A stretch of DNA of 64,000 nucleotides from Syncephalis fuscata S228. Lineage: Eukaryota > Fungi > Zoopagomycota. Under the pieces are notes generated by a model that saw only the letters and a list, made by a program, of their open reading frames with translations, searched no databases and had not been told where the DNA came from. The translations under genes and the position numbers were made by a program. Positions within the stretch are counted from its first letter, which is position 1. Every line of letters starts with the position of its first letter. The DNA lies in NCBI GenBank assembly GCA_025786725.1, contig JAHLTZ010000014.1, forward strand, positions 62,001 through 126,000, in the 5' to 3' direction. Positions 41,572-53,974 of this stretch are shown here, in pieces.

Positions 41572-43538
41572 AACTTTTATTGTGAATTATCAATTGTCAA
41601 AAGCTATCATTAATATCATTTAAAAGCTTTTTTTGTTTATTATAAATAAATTGTAGTCATTCATAGGTATTTTTATTAACATCAAGCAGTGATAATGACA
41701 ACTTTAAGCAAGGCTAGAATACTAGGAATAACAAATGTTACACAATAAAGGATATCAAAAGTTACAGCTATGTTACAATGATTCGGTAAGTCACTAGAAT
41801 TTCTATTAGTTATTTGACAAACGACTGTCTTTGTTTCACCCACTTTCACCGTGTTTCATACACTCGTTCATTTCTACAACACGATTAAAACCACAACAGA
41901 CGTTTATTACGTATGTGGTAAAAGTATATGAGACCATCATCATTCATTTTTAGCATTCAGTAATGGAGTTTCAATACGGACTATGAATCTGGCGATTTTG
42001 CAATTCTGGCCATTGAATGTAATTATTGCATCATTATACCCATTTAAAGCAAGGCCTAAAGATTTACCCAACTTGCTTCTATTTTTATCTCTAGCTCGTG
42101 CCACTTTGATAATTGAATGGCCCGCATGACCACCTGTTTTCGGATCATTGACGTTGTATTCAAAGGTTGTAAATAGCAGTTAAAGAATAGATCGACGGTC
42201 TACACCACCAAGTGGAATTTACTATCACTAACAATATGGCGAAACTAGCAGCTGCACTCGTGGCAATAAGATGCATTGGCATCTACAATGCATAAACATT
42301 TTAATTCGCTCATTTATTAACCACCAGGTTATGGTATCCTACTTGCTTATTCACCATTATTAATGATCATGTTGTCAAGCAATCTGGCTCTTGGCAGATA
42401 AGGATAGCAAAAGTTTTATAAAATTGCGTTGTGTTTTGCGCTACACATCGTTTCGAAGTTTCTTTTGTTCGTGCTCTGCAGTCTCGCCTTATTTTCTCAT
42501 ATTTCAGCACCTGCAGTTTGGGCGCACGCTTTGCAGTTCTATGCATAGCATTTTTCTTTTGTTGTCGCGTTTAAATCAAACCTGTTAGCTGTTTTACGCC
42601 ATTGTTATCGACAATAGCCAAGTTTCTATTATTTCTACAACAATAAGCCTGGTAAAATTCCAACTTCCAAGGAGCGGCAACGGTGGTAGTTACCCTGCCT
42701 ATCATTCTGGGCGTTGCTCTGCTATTGTTGTTGTTTTGATTGTGTGTGTGTTGGTTTCTATTAAATCATCGACCTTGACTGTCACTTGTACTAAACACAT
42801 TGTATTGTTATTATCAATATCCTTGTTATTGTTGCCGTCGTCGTCGACTCTATTCCTTCTCGACCAACCAACCAAGTCATAACAAAAGGCAGCAAAACGT
42901 TTTCGCCATCCTTTGCCAACTGTTTCTCACGTTATTATTTTGCTCCATCAGTAAGCCGTGTCTTTATATTCTCTTACATTTCGGTCATTCGCATTGCTTT
43001 TATTTATTCGTGTGCCATATAACATTGGCACAACAACTGCGCCGTTTCTATCGCGTTTCTACTTACCAACGTGTATAGATACTCCCTTCTTGTGTGTGCC
43101 TGCTTATCTTTCACGTGTACCTATTGCACGCGTCTCAAGTCGCTAAAACTGTTTGAGTCATACTCCCTTCACGCATATCAAAACGCTTCAAAACCTTAGA
43201 AAGGTATATAGCTATTTTCGTTACTTGAAGGGATTTCTTATCAGCAGTTTGAGCCTCGTTATCGCCTGTGTCATCCCTATCTCCGGCTGACCATTTCTGG
43301 CTTAGCGGTTCTTCTTTGACAATTTTCTAACATCGCCTTTTGAATTCCAATTTGGCAATTCATCATTATTTAGTCCTCTTAACGAAAATTTTTAATACTT
43401 ATTTCTTTATTTCCCTTACTTGTGTTCGTTGATCACCGTGTAGGTATAGCTATAACGTGTTGTTGTGACAGTCTTTGTTAGAATTTAAAACAGTTGGTGG
43501 ATGAACGCCGTCACGGCTACCACTGCTATCATATTACC

Positions 43539-45092
43539 ATGACATCTAGTGTAATGAAACCTATCGTTGAAGATACTTATAGTCTTGGCGATAACAACTA
43601 TAATAGCACTAGCACCAACAGAAAGCATCGTTCATTTTCCCTGAGTTTATCAGCATTATCTCGTTCTCGATCTAAAGATGATATTGTTAAAAAGCCAGGG
43701 GATTCAATTGATAGTGTTGATTTGATAACATCATCAAAGCTATTTTCGCAATCACAACCATCACTACCCATTAATAACAACAAAAATGCTAAAAAAAGCA
43801 AAGTTATAAAAAAGCGCATTAGTAATAGTGCATTATCTACTTCGTCGGCGTCTTCATCATCGTCGTCGTCGTCGTCTTCTTCGATATTTCATCGTTGGTC
43901 ATCTTTTGGTCGAAAGTCAAAACAATCAAAAGAATCTGAACAATGGTGGCAAGAGTTTGAGCGTGAAGTAGATCCATCTCTACTTAAAACTGCCGACTCG
44001 TCATTGGCGGTATCATCAAAATCTAAGGATGGTTGCGTAAGTAGACTGTAATTTAATCACCGCCTTCATTAATTAACATTTGATTTGATTATTAATATTT
44101 ATTAGAAACCATTGGCAAAATCGAATTATTCTAGCCCATCAGTTCGTCCTAGCGTCTTATCAGATAGCCCTCAGCATATCTTTAGACGGCAGCATGACAA
44201 AATCATTCAGTCGAAAACAATGCATCTGTCAAATCAAACACAAAATTATTGCTACAGCACCTATTACTGTAGCAAGAAAACCAATGGCCTTGGCTACAGG
44301 TCAAAAAGTCGTATCTAAACTACACAATCCAGGTCATGGTGATTTATTTCCAGAATATAATCGTCAACGCAATAGCAATTTAGTTGGTTTGACATTGATC
44401 CAGAGACTCAGCGTCTTGCCGACTTGTCACCAGACACACGTGATTACGTACTCTACCAAAGAATGCAGCAACCAGACATGAGCGCATGTATTTCAAAACT
44501 GCCAAGTCGGCCCACGCGCATACAACACCGTCGCCCCACACTAAACCAATCTACCAATTATCACCCAATAGAATTCTTTAACTCATCCACATCGTTTGCA
44601 ATGTGGCCAGATAAAGAATCGGCAACAACAGTTAGTGCGATGAACGGGGGACGATTACGACGACGACGCAAAGGTCTTGGTATTTATCCTTATGGCGTAC
44701 ATATATTAACGGCATTAGAAGAAGTAACCGAGCCAGAATCGTCCGACACGGAGGCGGACAGCTTTATTTCAGATGCACAGTCTGTAATAACGATGAATAC
44801 TACAGCAACCATTTCAACAACACAAATAGAAAATAGCGCATTACTTGCCATGGACTGGCGCGTTGTCGTGCAAGGATCGCGTGACTCTGGTTTTGGCGAA
44901 ACGCTAGAATTATCAGATAGTAAAACTGACGCTTGCTTGCCTAATAGCGATAGTAATGATAGCTACAATACTAAACAATCACCAATTGCTACAATCACAC
45001 CAACCATTAATGCAACTTTTATTAATACTAATATTATAACCACCCAGCAATATTATAATCAGCAGCTTTATTGCAACTTATTTTTAGACTAA
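43539..45092 (+). CDS. Hypothetical Ser-rich, largely disordered protein (1 intron at about 44036-44105, frameshifts)
   Basis: Consecutive plus-strand ORFs with coding-like composition. I recognise no domain. Confidence 0.55.
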
Positions 45093-45404
45093 GCACATTT
45101 GTGCATGTATAATGATTGACAACTATTCTGTTTGCGCATTCAGTTTTAAATATAAAATTATTTACCATTTAACAAGCTTAATTTTTTATTTAAATCATTT
45201 ATTCAATTTATATGTAAAACATAATTTATACCTTTGGCGGCCATTCCATTGCAATTCCATATCATCACATGTCTTGAATTTGAGTACAGTATGTATATTA
45301 CGCTTCGAGTCAGCAGTTGTAATATTGTGCAATAAACATACGATAATATTTAACTCGTATTATTGAATGTTTACAATCAGCGTAGTTATTTTAACTAAAT
45401 TTAT

Positions 45405-46045
45405 TAAAATATTTTATATTGTTTATGTAAATGCTATCATGATGATTATAAATTACCTAATATTTCCACGCTAAGAATTGCAACTGCACACTTTCTATGA
45501 TATTTTAAGCAATATTGTCTACTTGTGCAATAAGCTTATATGTAGATAAGTAGTTGTATAACAATACAATAGCCAATTCTATTTAGCATATATTTTACAC
45601 ATTTTACATGTTGATAACTAATAGTTTGTTTTATTGTATCGTTGCAATTCATTACAATATGAATGTAAAAGCATACAAAACAAAGAAATTGAAAACGTGA
45701 CATTTTTGTTACTGTTACGGTATCTTCATAAACGTTGCGTTTAATTACAGTACCAACCAATTATATAGCTGTTTTCTTAGCAATTAGTCACCTATTGAAT
45801 AATTTAAAACCTGCCTAGTTTTACAGACAACTCAATATGAATCCATGTGATTCATTATGCATTTACTTATTGACCAAATAATAGCAATAGTCACTCATTA
45901 ATAGTCATTCAAATGTGTAATCATTGAATAATATAAATAGAATAAAACAGTTTACATTGTGCATGCTTTTTCCTTCTACTTGTATCCAACACTGTTCTTC
46001 CTATCTACTACGTAGCAAACTTTAAGCTGTTATTACTATTCAGCC
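45405..46045 (+). repeat. About 640-bp upstream block duplicated at 55221-55864
   Basis: Near-identical sequence, including twin spurious ORFs at 45536-45760 and 55355-55579 that differ at one residue. It is partly shared with 38340-38980 in inverted orientation. Confidence 0.92.
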
Positions 46046-48114
46046 ATGTCCTTAAATACACGCAGTAAACATTTTTTGCAAAGCCATGATATTTTGCTGT
46101 ATTTGTGTCGTTTTATGGAAGAGAAAGAACTGGTGCTTTTTGCTACCTGCTGTCGACATATTTATAAAATAATAGTTGACCAACCCAATCATTGGGAGCG
46201 ACAATATAGACGAAAGTTTTGTCTAGGTGATCGACGTGAGCAAGACTGGCTAACATGGTATAACTTGGATATCAATCCTACATCAGAATCGGATGAATCT
46301 ACACTCAATGTAAATAGAACAGACCAGGAACAGTTATTATCGTCTGCTGTTGCAACTGTCGATAATGATGATAATGAATATACATCACCTGATAGTCATT
46401 TGTTATTAGCACCTAATTTTGAAACCACCAAATGGTTTTATGCTTATCAAAGACGTCGACAGGCTAATCGCAACTTTATAATGGGCCGATTCAAAAAGCA
46501 TATGTGTCAATTGCCAATTAATGAAAGCGCTCAAACCTTCTTGATAAGCATCAATCCTTGGTATGCATTAAAGAGAACTACAGGTGTATCGAACTTGTGG
46601 TTAATTCGGCATAATGTATTTAACAAGAGCAATGGACATAACAAAAAAGAGCTGGCTTGGAAGAAACTGACTATTCCTTCAGCATCGTCTTTATTTTGTA
46701 ATGAAAATCTATTTCATGATTTTTATGGAACACGTCGATTTGTTGTGGGTAATGTTTCTATAGATACATATAATGATGTCAAGCCAATACATATTGGTGA
46801 TCCAATAAGTAAGTAATAATTATTAATGCTAATGATTATATCAGCTATGTATTAACAATATTGACAATAGCAAATGTGGCGGAGATGGAAGCACAGTATA
46901 TTAGAAAAAATGAATCTGAAGTTTCTAATGCTTTAGACGAGCATTCTACTGGTCCATCTACCACTACGTCTTCAACTGAACGAGGATTTGACAAACGGCA
47001 GGCTCTTTTAGTGTGGCCTGTTGCTGGCAATTCACCACCTAATATCATTTATCTTGACTCCAAAGATATGGATTGGGAAGAACCATACATACGTAGCATA
47101 TCCACTATTTATGAAGACTGGATGGTTTTAGAAACTAACTATAAGAAAGAAAACTGCTATAAATATTATTTATTTAATCTAGACGCAAATCAGTGGATAG
47201 CAGGCCCACAATATGACTACGATTGTTCACCTTTCTGTATTCAGTTTACTTCTTATAATCAATGTCAATTTATTATGTGGACAATATCCGATTCTGTAGA
47301 ATCCAACACTGATTACAGGTTCATTACTACTCCAGATCCACAAATTGATGGCAATGGCAATCAAGTAGTGCGAATTAAATGGGAAATATTCGATGCTCAA
47401 AAAGGTCAATCTCAGTGCCAGAAAATATTATCTGATCAAATCACCATTCCATATTGTCCGAACGCTGCAATCGAAACACTGACTTATACAGAAAAGATGT
47501 GCTTAATCATTGTATATGATCAAAAAATCAAACAAAACGTCTTAATAATGGAACATTTAGTGCCACATTGTCATTATTTGTACTAGGAAAGTTTTTACCA
47601 AATGATTCAGCACAATCAATATTTGATGCCAGAGATTACGGTCAAGTATTGCCAATCGATAGTACCGACCAAGGACATGTATTATGGAGTCGATCTATAA
47701 GTGATAAAAGTGTTACAGGTCTATACAGTGAGAAGCTGATCGTCGTTGAAAAGAATGCAGCATTTGATGTGTTAGATGCTCGAAATGGGGACTTATTGCG
47801 CTCAATTGATTGTCCATGTTACTCAAGACTTGTTCCCTTTCTTGGACCATTATGTGAATTGATTAGCTTAAAACACAAAGAGAATTGGTTGTAGATATGC
47901 GTACTGGCCGTATATACGACCCACCAACAAGTCTTACTAACAGACAAGTTGAGGATGATAAAGAACATATGCCTTTAGGTCCCGTAGAAATAACGGAGTT
48001 TCCGCCAATAAATAAACCTCCATCTTGGGAGTCTATTGAATATAAAGTATCAAGCGTTGTTGTATTAAATTCAACAAGAATGATGCTAGTGTATGCGAAG
48101 CATACATGTTATAA
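46046..48114 (+). CDS. F-box-like family protein, copy C (best preserved; intron 46809-46870)
   Basis: SHDILLYLCRFMEEKELVLFATCCRHIYKII F-box-like N-terminus. A phase-1 GTAAGT..CAATAG intron joins the 256-aa and 241-aa ORFs. Confidence 0.82.
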
Positions 48115-48430
48115 ACAATAAACTTTATTTACAAACATTCAATACAAATAATTTTTATGTTACATATATTAAATATTGAATCTTTACTAAATCCACATTC
48201 ACTGATTAATATGGTGTGGTAAATCATTACACCTAAGCAATACTAATTAGTTAACATGTGTGAATTAAACAAACATCGGTAGTTAACCACCCCGTTGGTA
48301 ATACTGCTGTTTCTTTTCTCTTACTACGTACACTTGTCGCTCTTGTATGTTTACTGCTGGTTGTGCACGCGTATTTGTGTCTATTTCTTTTTATTATCTA
48401 CTATCTATCTGCAAACAGCACTGTTGAGTC

Positions 48431-49684
48431 ATGTCAAATCCGGCCGAATCTAGTGATAAACAAAAAACGGTAGACGGTGTCACCGTGGAAGATGTCGACG
48501 ATCTTGACGATCTTTTAGATGGTAATTAACGAACAATAATATAGTGCTTTAGAGTATCTATGTCTTTTATTTATCTGCTGCTACAATAGATGTACTGGAC
48601 AAGTTTCAAACACCTAACAGTGCTCCCTCGGCCACTGCAGCTGGAAAGCAACAGGTAAAGGACACCGGTAAAACAGCCGCACCGTTTAGCAGTGACAATG
48701 TCAGCCATGAAGACGAAACAGACGGACTAATGGATGACGATCTATTTGCCAAAGAACTTGCCGAAGGCATGGAAGAGCTTATGCGACAGATGGATAATGG
48801 TGGCGACTTTCAAAAGGATATTGAACAATTGCTTCAAACTATGAAGTTAGATCCTACTGCTGAAGGACTAAATAGCACAACATCATCCAAGTCTCAACAA
48901 GGAACGGCAAAAGAAGATAGCAAAGCTACAACAACAACAGGCGGAAATGATGGTAAACCACAGAATTTCCAAGATACAATTACCGAAACGATGAATCGAC
49001 TTAAAAATAGCTCAAATCAGGCTAAGGTATACGCATTATACATTTAGATAGCAATATACACTTACATTATGTTTATTATAGACTGAATCAAAGACAGCCG
49101 CAGAAGATGAGACACCTGACGCATTAATGGCTGAAATGATGCGCCAAATGGAGCAGCTTACCGATTCAAGCGACTTTGACGGTATTATCGACGGTATGAT
49201 GAACCAGCTAATGACACGCGATGTTCTTTACGAACCAATGAAGGAACTGGCCGAAAAGGTAAATAAACAAGCAAGCCAATAATTAGTTTGATCAATATAC
49301 TTATTACGCAAATATACAATAGTATCCTGCCTACTTGGCTGAAAACAAAGATAAATTACCAGATGAGACGTTTAAGCAGTATGAACAACAGCATCTGTAT
49401 GTAAAGCAAATTGTAGCAAGATTTGAGGTAGTAGGACCGTCTAAAGCGTCTAATGGCGATGAAATGGCACCAATTGATACGGAAATATCAAAACTAATGC
49501 AAAAGGTAATGATACAAACCATGATCGTTTATGTTATAAATATTAACTAGTTACTACTATTTATTAGATGCAAGAATGTGGACAACCACCAAAGGAATTA
49601 CTTGAACAAATGGCACCTGGAATGGGATTTGATGAAGAAGGTGTGCCCAATCCACCAGATATGGAACAATGCACCATCATGTAA
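48431..49684 (+). CDS. PEX19: Peroxisomal import chaperone Pex19, 4 introns
   Basis: DDLDDLLDDVLDKF, FQDTITETMNRLK, MMNQLMTRDVLYEPMKELAEKYPAYL, MQKMQECGQPPKEL, and C-terminal CaaX CTIM*. Confidence 0.95.
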
Positions 49685-49951
49685 CTATTTAAATAGTGGC
49701 TGATGATGGATAAGTAGCAATTAACTAGAGGAAGATAATAGTAATAAATAAATTGATTTAATTAATAATGATGACACATTTCACAATGATTCATTGATTC
49801 TTTTTTACTCTTATTCACACTACGCACACCTTGTAAACTACTCTACTCTACTCATTCTACTATAGCATACACCACTATAGTAACAGCAATAGCCGTAGTC
49901 ATAGCCCTATCAGTTCTATAAACATATATACACATATATCTACTGGTCAGT

Positions 49952-51606
49952 ATGGAGTGTGCTACCTGTGAATCCGTTCATCGACAAAACTACTGCCGTG
50001 ACTGTATTCAAGATTTGTAAGTTATATGCAGCTATTGAGCAATCAGTTACTCAATACTGTTTATTTATAACTATTTAGAGTACAGGAACATCGAGAACGT
50101 ATGTGCAAAGCAAAGATAGAACGGGATCGTCAGTATCGGAATGTACAACTTGTACTGGAGAATAGTGCCTGGACAGCTCGACAAAAAGTAGCCGAACAAG
50201 AGGCTGTTAGAACACGTATTGCTCAGTCAAAGGAGGGCTGACCAGATTACGTACCGAATACGAACAGTGTAAGTAGAATTGGCTGTATAGGCTGCCATTG
50301 GTATTCGTACTACAGGCTGAGTAACACAGGTTGATTTGTAGTACAGCGCAAGACAACATTATTACGAGAAACAAATAACGATACAAGAAATCGGCTAGAT
50401 GATGCATGGCGTTCAGTAACTACTCGATGGCAACAAACAATACAAAGCCGTCCAGAATACATTGAACAACAACAGAAACGTAAAGCGGAACTTGATAAAA
50501 AGCTATTACTTTCGCGTAAACTATTGTTACGCGAGTTACTTCACGTCTTTAACGTGAGACGTGTCTCATCTAGATCGTCACATCGCCGCAGCCAACAAAC
50601 GAAAGCAACCGCAGTATCAGAACAAGATAGTCCAGTATATACGATAAGAATATCCGGTCTACAATTACCAGAACAGGCTGATTGGTATTCACCTTGTAAG
50701 TTTACGTGTTAAATGTTAATATAGGCATCTATTGATCTATTTAATCTATCTATAATAGTATATTCGCGCAATGCCACTAATACAGCTTGTCAAATGGTCA
50801 TTAATATGTTAAACTTGATGGCTTATTATTTAAATGAAAAGCTACCGTTTACTATGATTGATCAAGGCACTTCCTCGTTTGCCTACCGCTCAACAGCTGG
50901 CGGTGATACTCGGTATGTAATCGTGTTTTATTCTAATATATATATATTATATGTTATATTATATATACAGCTTACTAATAAATGATTCATTTATAGATCA
51001 TCTCCGCTTTATTTAACTGATAATAATTCAGATCAATTTACTCGAGGATTTGCTATGATATGCTACAATGCAGCCTATCTTTGTCATGTACGTGGATTTA
51101 AAACAGCTATAGAGCAATCCACCTATATATTATGGCAATTATGGAGGTGCTGTCGTGGATCTTCAATAGCATCATCATCTCAGCGATCTACCAATGTTAC
51201 TGCTAACAACATCAGCACTATTGCTGTTAATAATAGCAATAGCAATATTAACAATGAAGACGATAATAATAATAGTAGTAGCAATAGTAGTATTGTTTTA
51301 AGGTAGCGACAGTATTAAATCTACATTTATACAGTTTATCTAACATTTCTATTATTGTATAGCTGTACATCAACATTCTCGTTAAGTTTCGACAAATTAG
51401 TAAAACATCTTTACTCGTTACAACGGGCCACAGTCATGCGGGAAAGTGTCTGTTTGGTAGAACGAGATGAAACAGGCACCATGCTATTGCCTACAATGGA
51501 AACATGGGACCTTGTAGAAATGCCTTTACCACCGACACCAGCACAGGTGGCCGAGTTAGAGATGTGGCGAGATAGTCAACGTCAACGAGATATAGGACAA
51601 ACTTAG
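49952..51606 (+). CDS. ATG14/UVRAG(Vps38)-like PI3K complex subunit, about 5 introns
   Basis: N-terminal MECATC..YCRDC zinc motif, a coiled coil, then YTIRISGLQLP, MLNLMAYYLNEKLPF and PLYL..FTRGFAMICYNAAYLC. Confidence 0.7.
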
Positions 51607-51831
51607 TTGTAAAGCAGTTGTAGCAATATAATTGATCGCTCATTTGTATGTATAAATAAATATGATATAATATATAGTAGATAAGGATAAACAGCATTTC
51701 ATTAGTTTTGTTATAACGATGACAATAATGGTTAATTCGTTGGATGTTGGTTGTTGAGAGTTGAAGGATGGCCATGCTGGCTGGAATATGTGTGGTGTGT
51801 GTGTGTGTATAGACAGTAGACAAATAGACCG

Positions 51832-51858
51832 CTAATCATAAGGATTACCTGGATAAAG

Positions 51859-51891
<33 letters not shown>

Positions 51892-52720
51892 GAGATGGCA
51901 ATAGTTATATACATATACATGTACATATATTTAACAATCATATTATACTGAGCAATATAGTAGAGTGAGCTAGAATAGATGACAAACTAACCTGTATAAT
52001 AATTGGCCATAGTATGTGATCCTGGTCCGCCACCGCTATTACCAGACCCGCCACCTAGATTGTTACCGTTGGTACCTGTAACACCACCACCATAACTACC
52101 ACTCGAATGATGCTGAGCTGCAATCATCGAGGAGTGTTGTTGGAATATAAGTGCCAGTTCCTGCTGTTGTTCCGTACGTGGCCCACCTTCCTTGGGCGGA
52201 CCCGTGGTCCGTTCCATCTTGGTAGCCTATCAAAATAGATAGATTAATATTAATATTGCACTTTATAATAAACCCACCTCACGATACTTGGCCAAATAGA
52301 TTTTCAATGCTTCAGCATAGTTATCAAATCCTAATGCTTGCATAGCCCATAATACATCCTCGCCGTTAATTGTCTTGCGCTTTTCTTGCTGGCATCGGTC
52401 ACTTGCTGTAAACACCCGTCCCACGAGCCCATAATCTAATAGTTAAGAATGTTATGGTGCATGCTAGGTGGTTATATATATACTATATATATATATATAA
52501 TAAACAATAAAGGATATTCGCTTGTAATAAATGAAATGAATTCTGACACGCATTCCTGGATAGTCTCTTTGGCTTCTTTGGCAATCTTGGCGTTGTCAGG
52601 TAGACCACGCTTCATGATGCGGGCTACATTGGCAATAGGTAAGAAGCGATCCTGCTCTTTTACTTCGTCACCGGGTGAGCCGGGATCGTCGAATGAATTA
52701 CGCGAGTTGTCGGCCGACAT
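51832..52720 (-). CDS. HAP3: CCAAT-binding factor subunit HAP3/NF-YB, 3 introns, the first of them AT-AC
   Basis: [42 protein letters not shown]|[41 protein letters not shown]. Confidence 0.96.
52408..52517 (-). other. AT-AC U12-type intron in HAP3/NF-YB
   Basis: On the minus strand: 5' ATATCCTTT, branch TTCTTAAC (plus strand 52442-52449), 3' TTTAC. Splicing gives AGC GA|A GCA AGT GAC, the conserved ITSEASD. Confidence 0.92.
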
Positions 52721-53020
52721 GATGTAGGACAACAACAGCAGTAATAGAGAAAAGAGAAGACAAAGAAGCGGTAGCAGCAACGGCAATCACAACACTATTA
52801 ACGCTAATAGTGATAAAGTAATAGTTACGAAAGTATAAGTAGTAGAAGGAAAACTGTAGAAGAAAAAGAAGCTAGTGAAACACTGGTTTTAAATCGTCAT
52901 CAGTTAAAACGTTGCCTTTATCACTTTGTGTTGCTTTTATTTCAGTCTTCAGTCTTTTTTTTACTGTTATCGTCAATAACACTACTTTTAGCTTGTATTT
53001 CAAACAGAAGTATACTTACA

Positions 53021-53498
53021 ATGGATACATTTGGATACATTTATGCTGTTACTGTGTTTGTCGGTGGACTTATGGGCTACCTTAAAGCAGGTGAGTATGC
53101 TAGGTGTTTGATACAAACTATTGACGCTTTAATTATAGGCAGTGTTGCTTCGTTGGCATCCGGTATTGCGTTTGGTACATTAATGGGCGTTGCGGCGAGT
53201 AGAGCTAGTCGCAATCCCCAGGATGTTCAACTAGCATTTGGTAGCTATTTATTGTTGCTGGTAGTTATCTAGTAGTGCTAATAACGGCTGCGTTGCTATT
53301 AATATTATCTACAGGCCTCAGTGTTACGCTATTCCTCGTCATGGGTGCACGTTTTCTTAACAGCGGTAAAGTAATGCCCGCAGGACTTGTATCAATTCTT
53401 AGGTAGGATACATCGATTGTTTATATAATACGATACTTATTAATAATGTCTATAGTTTGTTGATGACAATTCGCTATGGTCAGCGCTTGTTCAGTTAA
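53021..53498 (+). CDS. TMEM14: TMEM14-family small membrane protein, 3 introns
   Basis: MDTFGYIYAVTVFVGGLMGYLKAGSVASLASGIAFG..MGARFLNSGKVMPAGLV. Confidence 0.9.
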
Positions 53499-53617
53499 AG
53501 CACAGTTTTGGTGATAATGTAGCAATTTAAGAATAAATATTGCCAATAGTTAATTTAGTTTAAAAGTATTTATTCAATAATTAAATAATATCATTCAGTG
53601 ACGTGTAAATGTTGTCG

Positions 53618-53974
53618 TCAAGCAGTAATACCCACAGTAGGAATATGACCATTTGGACTTTTGTTTACTTTTTGCCTAATGCCAGACACAAACGGAAATT
53701 GGTCTAATTGTTGTTGCAATTGATCTGGATAGAGATCCGTTTGTGTTTCTGTTGTTTGGTATTTATCATTTGTTCGACGGATTTTTCTGGTTGTTGGAGC
53801 GTTTTTATGCTGGGTCATCAAGTCTTGGTAATTTGAATCTTGGTTCTGGAACAGTTCCACTGTACTAGTATTGTCGTTAATGGGCGATGCGGTTGTCTCA
53901 TACATAAAGGCAAGTAGAGCCACCATGCAGATGGTAGTAGCTGTCTTTAAATTGAAATAGCTATTTAAAATCAT
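53618..53974 (-). CDS. Small secreted Gln/Thr-rich protein, 118 aa
   Basis: Intronless ORF with a hydrophobic stretch TICMVALLAFMYETTA followed by SP, a typical signal cleavage context. Confidence 0.65.
   Translation of the reverse strand: MILNSYFNLKTATTICMVALLAFMYETTASPINDNTSTVELFQNQDSNYQDLMTQHKNAPTTRKIRRTNDKYQTTETQTDLYPDQLQQQLDQFPFVSGIRQKVNKSPNGHIPTVGITA

Noticed and set aside
42817-42826. Other ATATCCTT/GTATCCTT matches (about 19897, 38678, 42818, 60594)
   Set aside because: They are intergenic or antisense to a gene, with no flanking exons or matching branch site and AC to support an intron.
45536-45760. 74-aa minus-strand ORF repeated at 55355-55579
   Set aside because: It has a non-ATG start and non-coding composition, and it repeats only because the upstream block was duplicated.
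46809-46870. The same apparent frameshift (AGTAAGTAA) at one position in all four F-box-like copies, suggesting programmed frameshifting
   Set aside because: It is explained by an ordinary phase-1 GTAAGT..CAATAG intron of about 60 nt that is conserved in all copies.
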